64,000 bases of DNA from Oscillospiraceae bacterium (GTDB taxonomy: Bacteria; Bacillota; Clostridia; Oscillospirales; CAG-272), in NCBI GenBank assembly GCA_015064555.1, contig SVRZ01000004.1, positions 14,814-78,813 of the forward strand, in the 5' to 3' direction. Below, piece after piece: positions 37,601-46,134 of this stretch. The position numbers and the translations under genes are program-made. A model generated the notes under the pieces. It was not told the origin of the DNA. It was given only the letters and a program-made list of their open reading frames with translations, and ran no database searches. Numbering within the stretch: position 1 is the first letter of the stretch; each line of letters opens with the position of its first letter.

Positions 37601-37729
37601 CTGCTTTTTCAGTGCATCCGGCTCCAAAACGCTATTCCACGCCCAGAATGGTGCTCCCCTGAATTCGGACGTCGGAGTCTTGAAAACATCATCTGAAAAT
37701 TCTTCTTTTCTCCATTTGTTGTATATCAT
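34631..37729 (-). CDS. large cytoplasmic glycoside-hydrolase-like protein (family not assignable by eye)
   Basis: Start at MIYNKW, preceded by GGGAGG. The N-terminal FRGAPFWAWNSVL...MGFGGFNMHVRQGL pattern recalls uncharacterised glycosidase-like proteins. No signal peptide. 17-nt gap to the GDPD gene. Confidence 0.5.
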   Translation of the reverse strand: MIYNKWRKEEFSDDVFKTPTSEFRGAPFWAWNSVLEPDALKKQIDIFNEMGFGGFNMHVRQGLATEYLGDDFMKAIRACVERAEEQNMLAWLYDEDRWPSGCAGGFVTKEIKYRAKGLLMTSKRREAVYTAEDAEKSGKPLFLGAFSLAIDENGCLGSYVRVAEDSECENKRYFYCVTARGGEPRFNYQSYVDALSKEAIDKFIEITHERFREQIGEKFGSTVPAIFTDEPQIQYCKNLSSGHSKGDVSAAWTWDFADSFMKAYGFDILERLPEIFFKNAVSGDESVRYYYYRHVSERFSEAFLGNIGAWCEKNNIMLTGHMMCEDNLCDITRICTDPMLGYTCMQLPGIDVLKDKRLFTTAKQCDSIVRQMGKDGMISELYGVTNWDYDFRGHKSQGDWQACLGVSVRVPHLAWQTMKGEGKRDYPASIFYQSPWYKQYKIIEDHYARVNTALTRGVAVSRVAVLHPIETYWTKYCSEAESAAERAELDKNFADVCNWLLRNSVNFDYISESTLPMLAKEPSSSLKVGLMEYSTVIVDSCENLRPYTIKLLSEFARAGGRLILSGNLPHLSGGRSSAEAAALADVATLVIPHSKSDLISAVAPERDVVIKNADGTVTESYLYTRRRDGDTDWIFIAAADAPELLHIPTKKKIAITVKGMYKVSLYDTVSGDIYPIEFKTENGNTVIYSDMFDFDSLLLRLDATSEHSCYEPEAFDIVRYDIDTSFVTDYRLEEPNVLVLDMAEWSLDGGSIHKREEILRIDEIIRKKLGLTLRAIKTVQPWAVANEPEDHRVYLRFNFRSDIEYKDAVFALENLRSAEIKFNGIVVDTTPTGYYVDFEIPTCRLGMIKKGENILEISFPFGVRTDMENCFVIGNFGVACRGREARITALSEDIAYGNAANQGLAFYGGNLTYDTHISLDEDTALEFEISYYKGALVRVAVDGRDMGYIWKAPFRLVTPMLSAGEHSVSYTVYGNRFNTFSGLHSLVSDKRDVYTGPMYWHSTGFEWSYEYNLRPFGILKAPVVRKYKKVKK

Positions 37730-37961
37730 ATTACCTCCCGAATGTGCTCTGCGCATCTTTTGTGCATTTCTGTCAGTACGGTACAAAACATTTTATAAGA
37801 ACATTTTACCACCAACTTCCGATTTTGGCAAGGTCTTTATTTAAATTAAAAACCGACCCGTTTTAATCTTTTGTTTACAAAAACGCCGAAAATCAAAAAA
37901 GAGGTCCTTTGACGGCAGGTATAATTAAATAAAAATATTTTTATTTTTTTGAAAATCTCTA

Positions 37962-37990
37962 TTGTATTCTCTCGAAAAATTTGATATGAT
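37962..37990 (+). promoter_or_regulatory. candidate SigA-type promoter of ftsK/spoIIIE
   Basis: TTGTAT-17 nt-TATGAT. This argues against the upstream alternative starts at 37962 and 37986. Confidence 0.4.
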
Positions 37991-38045
37991 ATATCTTGGA
38001 TATACATATCGCAAAGTACTTAAGGACGCATCGGAGGTAAAGAAA

Positions 38046-41000
38046 TTGACAGATAAGAATCAACTTAACATAGACGAAAAAGAAAAACAAGCGAGCTTGA
38101 AGCAGAAGAAGGCCGAGCTGCGTAAAAAGAAGTCTGAAGTTCCCGGTGAGATAAAGCCATTTATGCGTGCTGTGCCTGTTGTTCTCGCAGCTATAGCCGT
38201 GTTCATAACCCTATGCTTCATCACCGGAGAGACAGGAGCATTCGGAAGCTTTGTATCGCGCACGTCGAAGGGCTTGTTCTCTTATATGGCATATACCATT
38301 CCGGCATTTATCGCATGGCATGCTATATTCTACTTTGACGACGTTAAAAAGCACAAGGTAATAAAAAGATTGATATTCTCGGTTGTGTTTCTGGTTACCC
38401 TGTCCGAGATCGCATACATAATTCCCAATATCCGCTCAGAGCTTGTATACAACGCAAAGGAGCTCTTTGCCCTCGGTGCACAGTGCAAGGGCGGCGGCGT
38501 TGTGGGAGGAAGCTTTGCATTCCTTATCACAAACGTATTAGGGCTCGGCAAGGTCGGACTCTTCGTTGTGATCGCACTCGTTATCGCACTGTACTCGATC
38601 TTTTTCTTCTATGGTGAGAAATCCGATCTCTATATCTTCTTCTTGCAGAAGCTCAGAAAGCTCGTTAACATCGGTGCTGAGCTTGAGAAGAGCTCGCAGA
38701 TCAAAAAAACTCGCTCCGCGGAGGAAAAGCTTGAGAAAAAGCGCGCAGATGACGATAGAAAGAATGCCGCATTCTATCAGGATGACTATTTCAATACCGA
38801 CAGCGGTATGAGCAGTCTTGAGATCCCCGAGCTGGGAATCGCAAAGACCATACATAACAATGCACCGTCTCACCGGCTTATGGAGACGGTTATACACACC
38901 GAGGAGGAGCCTCGGGAAAAACCGCGCGAAACTCAAACCGCAGCATCGGAGACTCGCGATGAAAAGGAAAGACGTATGTTCGATCTTTCAACCGATGCCT
39001 TTGCAGAAAAGAAGACCAAGTTTGTCCGAGCAGAGGTATCGACAAACGAATTCAATGAAAACGATATAGTTTACGAGGCAGTTTCAGAGACCGAGGATGA
39101 GATAACCGTTTCCGTACAGTCCACTTCGGAGGATGAGATAACCGAAGATATCTCTGCCGAAAAGATCGAGGAGCCTATATCAGCACAGCCATTTACGGCA
39201 GAAAAGGTCGCTGATGTCAACAACGAATTTACCGGATACCGTATGGAGAGTCCTATGCGATACGGTCTTGATGACAGTGCAGATGCAGTATTCACCTCGG
39301 AATTTGATCCGCTGGATATAGCACTTAACGAAAAGCGCGCCGCCAAGGTATCGACCTGCACGGAAAATGCCATCACCGAACCCAAGGGATTCACCGAAAG
39401 CATTCCGAGCATAACCGCAGAGCAAAGCGCCAATATCGAAAGGCTGCGCATCGAGGAGGAGCAGAGGGCGGAAGCCGAGCGACTCCGCAAGGAGGCCGAT
39501 GCCGCTATGCGTGAGGCTATCGCCAGAGAAAACGCAAAGGTTGCAGAGGAAAGAATGGCAAACGAGGCAAGAAAGCGCGCGGAAGAAGCAATGCGCGTAT
39601 CCGATCCTAAAACTGCGGAAATCAGCTCTGCTATTCATCCGTCACACGAATACAGAGGCGCTTACGACAGAGTTCCCAATATTGCCGATATCAACAGCGA
39701 TTACGAGCAGCAATACGGTGCATCGATATCCCGCGCATCGTCAGGCGATAAGTACCGTTTTGTTAAGGAAACGGTTCAGGAGCCTCGCAGACAGTACTCA
39801 TCCTCCATACCCCCTCAGGCTACCGTAGCAACGCCCGTATATGAGGCACCCGTAGCAAAAGCTCCCGTATACGAAGCCCCCGTGACACAAACTCCCGTAT
39901 ATGAGGCACCCGTAGCAAAAGCTCCGGCATATGAGGCACCCGTAGCAAAAGCTCCCGTATATGAAGCTCCCGTAGCAAAAGCCCCGGTATATGAAGCGCC
40001 TGAAGTGAAGGCACCGACCTATAATGCAGTGCTCGAGGATGAAAAGCACGAAAGCGATGAGATAAAGGTCAGCGCGCCTGTTTTCACTATGGATGACCGA
40101 AGCGCAGTGCGTGCTCCCGAAAACACCTCCGTAGCAAGTGCCGCACAAACGGTGTATGAAGAAAAAATAACAGAAAAGGTCGATACCGAGCCAAAGGCAT
40201 TTTCCTCTGCCACGGTTCTTACCTTTGAGCCTGTATCCGCCGAGGAAAACAAAACCGATTCCGACGCGCAGACCGTGGAACGTGTTATCTTCAGTTCCGA
40301 TATACGCGATAGTGACGATTCTCTTCACACCGAGACGCGAATCAATTCGGAAAGCTCCAAGCAAACTCTGGAGATCTCTCGCGAGATGATAAGCAGTACG
40401 CTCGGAGTGGCAACGGTAACAAACTCCGAAGCAGTTTACGAGTCGACCGACGAGATATATTCCGAGGATGAAGATACTATAGAGAAGTCAACGACCGTAT
40501 CCGAAGAGGATGCAGAGGAGATAGTTCCCCGCACCGAAATTCCAAAAGAAAAGCAAAATCCTGCGATTTCCGGCTACCGCGAAATGTTTGATATGTTCCG
40601 CGGCGAGGAAAACAACGGCGGTGGCGAGTCGCTGACAGATACTTCCTTTACCGATTCCGAGGAGGAAGAAAATGATATCCGCGAGATCAGCGAGACCTCC
40701 GATACCATCGAAAAGCAAATTACTCTTATCAGCGAAAATGAATCTACCGAAGAGGCAGATATCGACACAGAGGTATCTGATGAGCCGCCCTTTGACATTG
40801 ACGAGGAAGACCTCGATACCGAATTTGAGGATATGAAGCAGATAAATGAGATGAAAGAGGAAGCTCCGAAAAGACCCGATTATTCAAAGTACAAATTCCC
40901 CTCTTGCGATCTTCTGAAGCCCGGTACCACCGAGGATATCGAGCTGATCAACGAGGAGATCCAGCTCGGTGCCGAGAAGCTTATCAGCACGCTTGAGGCA

Positions 41001-42377
41001 TTCAATATAAGAGCTACGATGAGAGGAATCGAGCGCGGCCCCAGAGTAACCAGATATTCTATAGTCCCCGCGAAGGGAATAAGAGTAGGACAGATCGAAA
41101 AGCTTTCCGATGATATCGTTATGGGCCTTGCCGCAGAAACCATACGTATTGAGGCACCCATTCCCGGAAAGAGTGCGGTCGGTATAGAGATACCCAACAA
41201 AATATCCTCTATCGTTTCGCTCCGAGATCTTATCGAATCCGATCAGTTCACAAGCAAGACGTCGAAAACGACCGTCTGTATCGGAAAAAGCGTTGAAGGT
41301 CTGCTTGTATACGGCGATCTCAGCGCAATGCCTCACCTTCTTATCGCAGGTGCTACCGGTATGGGTAAGTCTGTGTGCATGAACTCGCTTATACTCAGTA
41401 TTCTGTATAAGGCTCGCCCTGATGAGGTTAAATTCATTATGATAGACCCCAAAAAGGTTGAATTTGCACCTTATAAGGAGATCCCTCACCTTCTGGTTCC
41501 TGTAGTTACCGAGCCTAAGCAGGCGGCAGGTGCTCTTTACTGGGCAGTAGAAGAAATGAATAAGCGCTACGACGTGCTTGAAAAATTCGGATCCAAGAAC
41601 ATCGATTCATATAATGAAAGAGTCAAGGCAAATCCCGACCTCGGTGAGCCCATGCATAAGATAGTTATATTCATCGATGAGCTTAACGATCTTATGATGC
41701 AGATGCGCGATCCTGTTGAAAATCTTATCACGATGATAGCTCAGAAGGCACGAGCTGCCGGAATACACCTGGTCATAGGAACACAGCGTCCATCGGTAAA
41801 CGTCATTACCGGTGTCATAAAATCAAATATTCCAACGCGTATCGCTTGTAAGGTTACCTCCGGAATAGACTCCAGGACCATCATAGACGTCAACGGAGCC
41901 GAAAAGCTTATCGGAAAGGGCGATATGCTCTTCTCGATGCCCGACTTCCCCACTCCGAAGCGAGTTCAGGGTGCTTACGTGTCAGAGAGCGAAACTGTTG
42001 CCGTCGTCGACTTTATAAAATCACAGTGCAACGGTGTGGCCTACGATGAGGAAGCATTCGAGGATATGAAGCGCGCCGCAGTTAAGTGCGATAAGAGCAA
42101 GAAGAATGATGATATGGCAGACGACGGAGACGGCGAATCCAACGATAACATTTACAATGACAAGCGCTTTGTTGCGGCAGTTGAGCTGGCGATAAGGAGC
42201 GGTACTATAGCCACCTCCTACCTTCAGAGAAAGCTCACAATGGGCTACGGTAAGGCGGCTAAGTACATCGATATTATGCAGGATCTCGGAATAGTTGCTC
42301 CAAAGAGCGGAGCAAAGCCCAGAGAGATACTTATAACCATGGACGAATGGAAGGAAAGACTCGCAAGATATACCTGA
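38046..42377 (+). CDS. ftsK: DNA translocase FtsK/SpoIIIE with an unusually long linker
   Basis: Preferred TTG start at 38046, 7 nt after GGAGGT; the ORF is open from 37962. N-terminal TM helices, a long acidic/coiled-coil linker, and a C-terminal motor (GATGMGKS Walker A, IFIDELNDLMM, GTQRPS) with a gamma domain (ASYLQRKL..GYGKAAK). Confidence 0.9.
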   Translation: MTDKNQLNIDEKEKQASLKQKKAELRKKKSEVPGEIKPFMRAVPVVLAAIAVFITLCFITGETGAFGSFVSRTSKGLFSYMAYTIPAFIAWHAIFYFDDVKKHKVIKRLIFSVVFLVTLSEIAYIIPNIRSELVYNAKELFALGAQCKGGGVVGGSFAFLITNVLGLGKVGLFVVIALVIALYSIFFFYGEKSDLYIFFLQKLRKLVNIGAELEKSSQIKKTRSAEEKLEKKRADDDRKNAAFYQDDYFNTDSGMSSLEIPELGIAKTIHNNAPSHRLMETVIHTEEEPREKPRETQTAASETRDEKERRMFDLSTDAFAEKKTKFVRAEVSTNEFNENDIVYEAVSETEDEITVSVQSTSEDEITEDISAEKIEEPISAQPFTAEKVADVNNEFTGYRMESPMRYGLDDSADAVFTSEFDPLDIALNEKRAAKVSTCTENAITEPKGFTESIPSITAEQSANIERLRIEEEQRAEAERLRKEADAAMREAIARENAKVAEERMANEARKRAEEAMRVSDPKTAEISSAIHPSHEYRGAYDRVPNIADINSDYEQQYGASISRASSGDKYRFVKETVQEPRRQYSSSIPPQATVATPVYEAPVAKAPVYEAPVTQTPVYEAPVAKAPAYEAPVAKAPVYEAPVAKAPVYEAPEVKAPTYNAVLEDEKHESDEIKVSAPVFTMDDRSAVRAPENTSVASAAQTVYEEKITEKVDTEPKAFSSATVLTFEPVSAEENKTDSDAQTVERVIFSSDIRDSDDSLHTETRINSESSKQTLEISREMISSTLGVATVTNSEAVYESTDEIYSEDEDTIEKSTTVSEEDAEEIVPRTEIPKEKQNPAISGYREMFDMFRGEENNGGGESLTDTSFTDSEEEENDIREISETSDTIEKQITLISENESTEEADIDTEVSDEPPFDIDEEDLDTEFEDMKQINEMKEEAPKRPDYSKYKFPSCDLLKPGTTEDIELINEEIQLGAEKLISTLEAFNIRATMRGIERGPRVTRYSIVPAKGIRVGQIEKLSDDIVMGLAAETIRIEAPIPGKSAVGIEIPNKISSIVSLRDLIESDQFTSKTSKTTVCIGKSVEGLLVYGDLSAMPHLLIAGATGMGKSVCMNSLILSILYKARPDEVKFIMIDPKKVEFAPYKEIPHLLVPVVTEPKQAAGALYWAVEEMNKRYDVLEKFGSKNIDSYNERVKANPDLGEPMHKIVIFIDELNDLMMQMRDPVENLITMIAQKARAAGIHLVIGTQRPSVNVITGVIKSNIPTRIACKVTSGIDSRTIIDVNGAEKLIGKGDMLFSMPDFPTPKRVQGAYVSESETVAVVDFIKSQCNGVAYDEEAFEDMKRAAVKCDKSKKNDDMADDGDGESNDNIYNDKRFVAAVELAIRSGTIATSYLQRKLTMGYGKAAKYIDIMQDLGIVAPKSGAKPREILITMDEWKERLARYT
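39834..40028 (+). repeat. coding tandem repeat, 30 nt x about 6.5 (PVYEAPVAKA) in the FtsK linker
   Basis: Units run PVYEAPVAKA / PVYEAPVTQT / PVYEAPVAKA / PAYEAPVAKA / PVYEAPVAKA / PVYEAPEVKA / PTYNA. Confidence 0.9.
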
Positions 42378-42486
42378 TATTCTCCGCATGGATCTCATAT
42401 ATCCCACATTAATAAACGGGGCCGTTTTCGATCTGAATCGTAACAGCCCCGTATGGGATAGACTATTTAAAAGGATAGGAGAAAAA

Positions 42487-43029
42487 ATGAAGATAGCACT
42501 TCTTTTAGCGAACGGATTTGAAGAAACCGAGGCACTTCTGCCCCTTGATTTTTTAAGACGAGCAGGTGCAGATATAGATACCATCGGAATAGGCGGAAAA
42601 GAAATAACGGGTGCACATGGCATAACCATTATCACCGAGCTTTGCGACAGATGCGCTATGCCCGATGCCTATGACGCAGTCATTTTCCCGGGAGGTATGC
42701 CCGGAGCGATCAACCTCGATTCTTCAGAATTTACCGACAAAATAATAGATGCGGTCTTTGCAAAGGGCGGCAGACTTGCCGCTATATGCGCTGCCCCGCT
42801 TATCCTGGGCAGAAGAGGTCTTCTTAGGGGAAAGAAAGCGACCTGTTACCCGGGGTTTGAAAAAGAGCTTCTCGGTGCTGAAGTGCTCAGTGCCGGCGTT
42901 GTTACCGACGGTCTTATAACCACCGCCAAGGGAATGGGCGTGGCAATGGAATTTGCAAAGGAGCTGACAACCCTCATCTTCGGTAACGAAACGATGCAAA
43001 AAATAGCCAGCTCTATTATGGAAGCCTGA
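42487..43029 (+). CDS. DJ-1/PfpI-family protein
   Basis: Start at MKIALLLANGFEE after aggag. Nucleophile-elbow AAICAAP. 180 aa. Confidence 0.85.
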   Translation: MKIALLLANGFEETEALLPLDFLRRAGADIDTIGIGGKEITGAHGITIITELCDRCAMPDAYDAVIFPGGMPGAINLDSSEFTDKIIDAVFAKGGRLAAICAAPLILGRRGLLRGKKATCYPGFEKELLGAEVLSAGVVTDGLITTAKGMGVAMEFAKELTTLIFGNETMQKIASSIMEA

Positions 43030-43063
43030 TCACAGGCCTTTAAAGAAAGGATCGGATATCAAA

Positions 43064-43705
43064 ATGTCGATGCCAAAGCACTCTCATATTGCATACAGAT
43101 GTCCCGAATGTGGTGACTTTATTTACGGTCTTGTCGGGGATTTTGCCTTCAATACCGATCTCATGCGTTTAAAATGCGCTTGCGGAAAATCCGCGCTTGA
43201 TATAACAACTACACATGACAAAAAGCTTCGTCTTTCGGTTCCGTGTATTCTATGCAAGGAAAATCATAATTTTGTGGTATCTCCCTCCATTTTCTTTGAA
43301 CGGGATATCTTCCTTCTCAACTGCCCATATGCAAATATAGATATAGGCTTCATAGGTGAAAAGGACAAGATAGAGAATGCCGAGCAGGAGAATGCAAAGG
43401 TACTCACCCGACTTATTCAGGATATGGGCGTTGAGGCTTTCCGCGATCTTCAGCCGATAGATATGGACGAGGATGAGATATTACCGGATGCATCGGTTTA
43501 TGACCTTATCCGATTCGTCGTTAAGGATCTCGAAGCCGATGGAAGCATTGATTGCCCATGCCACGGAGGAAATTACGATCTGAGATTTGCTCCCGGCGGT
43601 ATACAGGTATACTGCCCCGAATGCGGCGCATCATATCTTTTCTCCTGTGAATCCGCATCGGCAGCAGAAGAATATTTAAACGTGAGTAGAATAGAGTTAA
43701 AGTAG
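43064..43705 (+). CDS. hypothetical protein with N- and C-terminal zinc-ribbon-like Cys motifs
   Basis: 213 aa. CPECGD...CACG...CILC at the N-terminus and CPCHGG...CPECGA at the C-terminus. Confidence 0.55.
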   Translation: MSMPKHSHIAYRCPECGDFIYGLVGDFAFNTDLMRLKCACGKSALDITTTHDKKLRLSVPCILCKENHNFVVSPSIFFERDIFLLNCPYANIDIGFIGEKDKIENAEQENAKVLTRLIQDMGVEAFRDLQPIDMDEDEILPDASVYDLIRFVVKDLEADGSIDCPCHGGNYDLRFAPGGIQVYCPECGASYLFSCESASAAEEYLNVSRIELK

Positions 43706-44269
43706 ACCGTAATACTGCAGAACTCCGCGATATATTCCGAGAGCGAATAGATTGGGAGAGTTTACCATCAGCTCGGCATCCGATGCATTGGTTATGAATC
43801 CCATTTCAACCACCACCGCAGGCATTTCCGTCCTGCGCAGAACGTAAAGTCCCGGACGCTCTACTATTCCCCTGTTTCTCACACCCGTGATCAGTGTTGT
43901 CTGCTCCAATATATCCTCGGCTACCGCATTTGCGACCGCAGCGGAATAATCATATACCAGACATTCCATACCGTTTGCAGCAGAGCTTACCGATGCATTC
44001 GTATGCAAGGAAAGGAAAAGATCTGCACCCCATCTGTTTGCGTCACGCACTCTTTCGCTGAGACTTGTTGAATTTGACGTTCCAAGTATGGTATCCGCAG
44101 TCGGTCTTGAGAGTCTTACCTCAAAGCTTGTATTCTGCGAAAAATATCCGCTCAGCAGTATTCCTATGCGATAAGTAATATCCTGCTCAAAATAACCGTT
44201 TCCCTCTGCACCTGTATTGTATGAGCGAGGATTGTGACCTTGGTCTATATAAATCTTAATTGCCATCAT
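43697..44269 (-). CDS. N-acetylmuramoyl-L-alanine amidase (Amidase_3 domain only)
   Basis: 190 aa. IYIDQGHN...GAEG...SLHTNA...GFITN motifs. No signal peptide. Confidence 0.8.
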   Translation of the reverse strand: MMAIKIYIDQGHNPRSYNTGAEGNGYFEQDITYRIGILLSGYFSQNTSFEVRLSRPTADTILGTSNSTSLSERVRDANRWGADLFLSLHTNASVSSAANGMECLVYDYSAAVANAVAEDILEQTTLITGVRNRGIVERPGLYVLRRTEMPAVVVEMGFITNASDAELMVNSPNLFALGIYRGVLQYYGLL

Positions 44270-44322
44270 GCTCTCCTTATAATTACTATTTTTAATATAC
44301 GTTATCGGAGTTTTTTTGACAC

Positions 44323-45078
44323 ATGAATGAACTTAAAAGAATGCTGAGCTTCGTCAGGCGCGCCGTTGATGACTACGGTATGATAGAAGAGGGCGACGTT
44401 ATTGCCGTTGGTATTTCAGGAGGCAAGGACTCGTTGGCTCTCTTGGAAACGCTTGCTGAAATGAGGCGGTTTTATCCTAAAAAATATGAAGTGAAAGCGG
44501 TCACCGTAGATATGGGCTTCCCGGAAGTTGATTATTCCGGCATCGCCGCCTTCTGCGAAAAATTCGGAGTCGAATACAAGGTAGTCAACACCGATATAGC
44601 AAAGATCATTTTCGACGTACGCAAGGAGCCGAATCCCTGCTCTTTATGCGCAAAGATGCGTCGTGGCTCGCTACATGCCGCGGCTCAGGAGCTCGGCTGT
44701 AACAAGGTCGCGCTAGGTCATCATTTTGACGATGTTGTCGAAACCTTTATGATGAACCTTTTCTTTGAAGGCAGACTCGGGTGCTTCTCTCCTATGTCCT
44801 ACCTTTCAAACCGAAAAATAACTCTTATCCGTCCCATGATATACGCGACCGAAAAGGACGTTATATATTTTGCAAGAAGAAGAGAGCTTCCTATAGTCAA
44901 AAGCCCCTGCCCCGAGGACCATAATACCGAGCGTGAAAATATGAAAAAGCTCCTCGCGGATATAGAACGCGGAAACAAGGGACTCAAGCACCGTATATTC
45001 CGCGCTCTGTGCAAGGGCGAGATAGACGGATTCTCCGTTAAGGGACGCTATCCGGATGCGGGAGAGATAAAAGATTGA
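44323..45078 (+). CDS. ttcA: PP-loop ATPase, TtcA-family tRNA thiolation protein
   Basis: 251 aa. SGGKDS PP-loop, CSLCAKMRRG and SPCPEDH Cys motifs. Confidence 0.7.
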   Translation: MNELKRMLSFVRRAVDDYGMIEEGDVIAVGISGGKDSLALLETLAEMRRFYPKKYEVKAVTVDMGFPEVDYSGIAAFCEKFGVEYKVVNTDIAKIIFDVRKEPNPCSLCAKMRRGSLHAAAQELGCNKVALGHHFDDVVETFMMNLFFEGRLGCFSPMSYLSNRKITLIRPMIYATEKDVIYFARRRELPIVKSPCPEDHNTERENMKKLLADIERGNKGLKHRIFRALCKGEIDGFSVKGRYPDAGEIKD

Positions 45079-45098
45079 ACATACAGCTCCGATAAAAC

Positions 45099-45176
45099 AA
45101 TAAAGATCCGATTTTGTAGTACGCCGAGGCACCCTCGACGTCGCTTACAGAGCCGGATCTTTATTTTCGGATTTTT
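45099..45176. terminator. extended stem-loop terminator between the ttcA-like gene and cysE
   Basis: Arms aataaagatccg / cggatctttatt with a structured 43-nt loop, then ttattttcggattttt. Confidence 0.6.
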
Positions 45177-45212
45177 CATCCTTTTATATTTATATTAGGG
45201 TTCAGAATAATA

Positions 45213-46016
45213 TCAACCGTTGTAATATATTTTTTTACCCGGTTCAACCGAATGGGTAAGCCATACGTTTCCACCGATGATGCACCCATCACCCACTCTG
45301 GTATTTCCGCCGAGGATAGTAGCATTTGCATATATGATAACATTATTACCTATATCGGGATGACGCTTTATGCCCTTTATCGGATTACCGTCATCGTCAA
45401 GCTCAAAGCTACGCGCGCCGAGCGTAACACCCTGATATATTTTTACATGATCGCCTATGGTAGTCGTTTCACCGATTACAATGCCTGTGCCGTGGTCAAT
45501 GAAGAAATATTCTCCGATCTTAGCACCCGCATGTATATCTATGCCGGTCTTCTCATGTGCGAATTCGGTCATCAGACGGGATATCAGCGGAATTTCTCTC
45601 ACGTAAAACTCATGCGCCAGTCTGTATATGGATATCGCATAAAAGCCGGGATATGAAAGAACTACCTCCTCGGGGCAAAGCGCCGCAGGATCTCCGCTGT
45701 ACAAGGCATCAACATCCTTTTTCAGCATAGATTTTATTCTGGGGATGTCAAATATTATTTCCTGCGCAAGCCTTTCTGCATCAAGTTTTCTGCCCACAAA
45801 TTCCGCCGCAACCGATATCTGCGATACAAGTCTTATATAAAGATCATTCAAAAGATCCATATTGTCGACACCGCATCCGCGGAAATATTTAGGAAACATC
45901 AAATGCTGAATATCCTTTATTATGGATATTATCTCCTTACGCGAGGGGGGCGGCACCGGCGAATCGGTGCAGACAAGCTCCTTATATACTTTTGTAAAAT
46001 CGGGCATATGCTCCAT
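45213..46016 (-). CDS. cysE: serine O-acetyltransferase (EpsC/CysE type)
   Basis: 267 aa. Left-handed beta-helix hexapeptide repeats (IGDHVKIYQGVTLGA, IGNNVIIYANATILGG) after a SATase-type N-domain. Confidence 0.8.
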   Translation of the reverse strand: MEHMPDFTKVYKELVCTDSPVPPPSRKEIISIIKDIQHLMFPKYFRGCGVDNMDLLNDLYIRLVSQISVAAEFVGRKLDAERLAQEIIFDIPRIKSMLKKDVDALYSGDPAALCPEEVVLSYPGFYAISIYRLAHEFYVREIPLISRLMTEFAHEKTGIDIHAGAKIGEYFFIDHGTGIVIGETTTIGDHVKIYQGVTLGARSFELDDDGNPIKGIKRHPDIGNNVIIYANATILGGNTRVGDGCIIGGNVWLTHSVEPGKKIYYNG

Positions 46017-46049
46017 ACGGTTTCTCCTGGATGGTATATTATATATTAT

Positions 46050-46078
46050 ATTCTATCACAATTTGTTTTGTTAATCAA
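46050..46078 (-). promoter_or_regulatory. SigA-type promoter of cysE
   Basis: Minus strand reads TTGATT-17 nt-TAGAAT with an extended -10 TG. Confidence 0.5.
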
Positions 46079-46080
46079 GA

Positions 46081-46111
46081 GGGCTGCCGCAAATTCCCAT
46101 CTGCGGCAGCC
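46081..46111 (-). terminator. hairpin downstream of the 774-aa secreted-protein gene
   Basis: Arms gggctgccgca / tgcggcagcc. The U-tract on the minus strand is poor. Confidence 0.45.
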
Positions 46112-46134
46112 TGAATTTTATTGAAAATATTATT

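Noticed and set aside
37962-38045. Upstream starts for ftsK (TTG at 37962, ATG at 37986).
   Set aside because: Neither has an RBS, and both fall inside the predicted TTGTAT-17-TATGAT promoter. The TTG at 38046 has GGAGGT at the right distance. This remains uncertain without N-terminal data.
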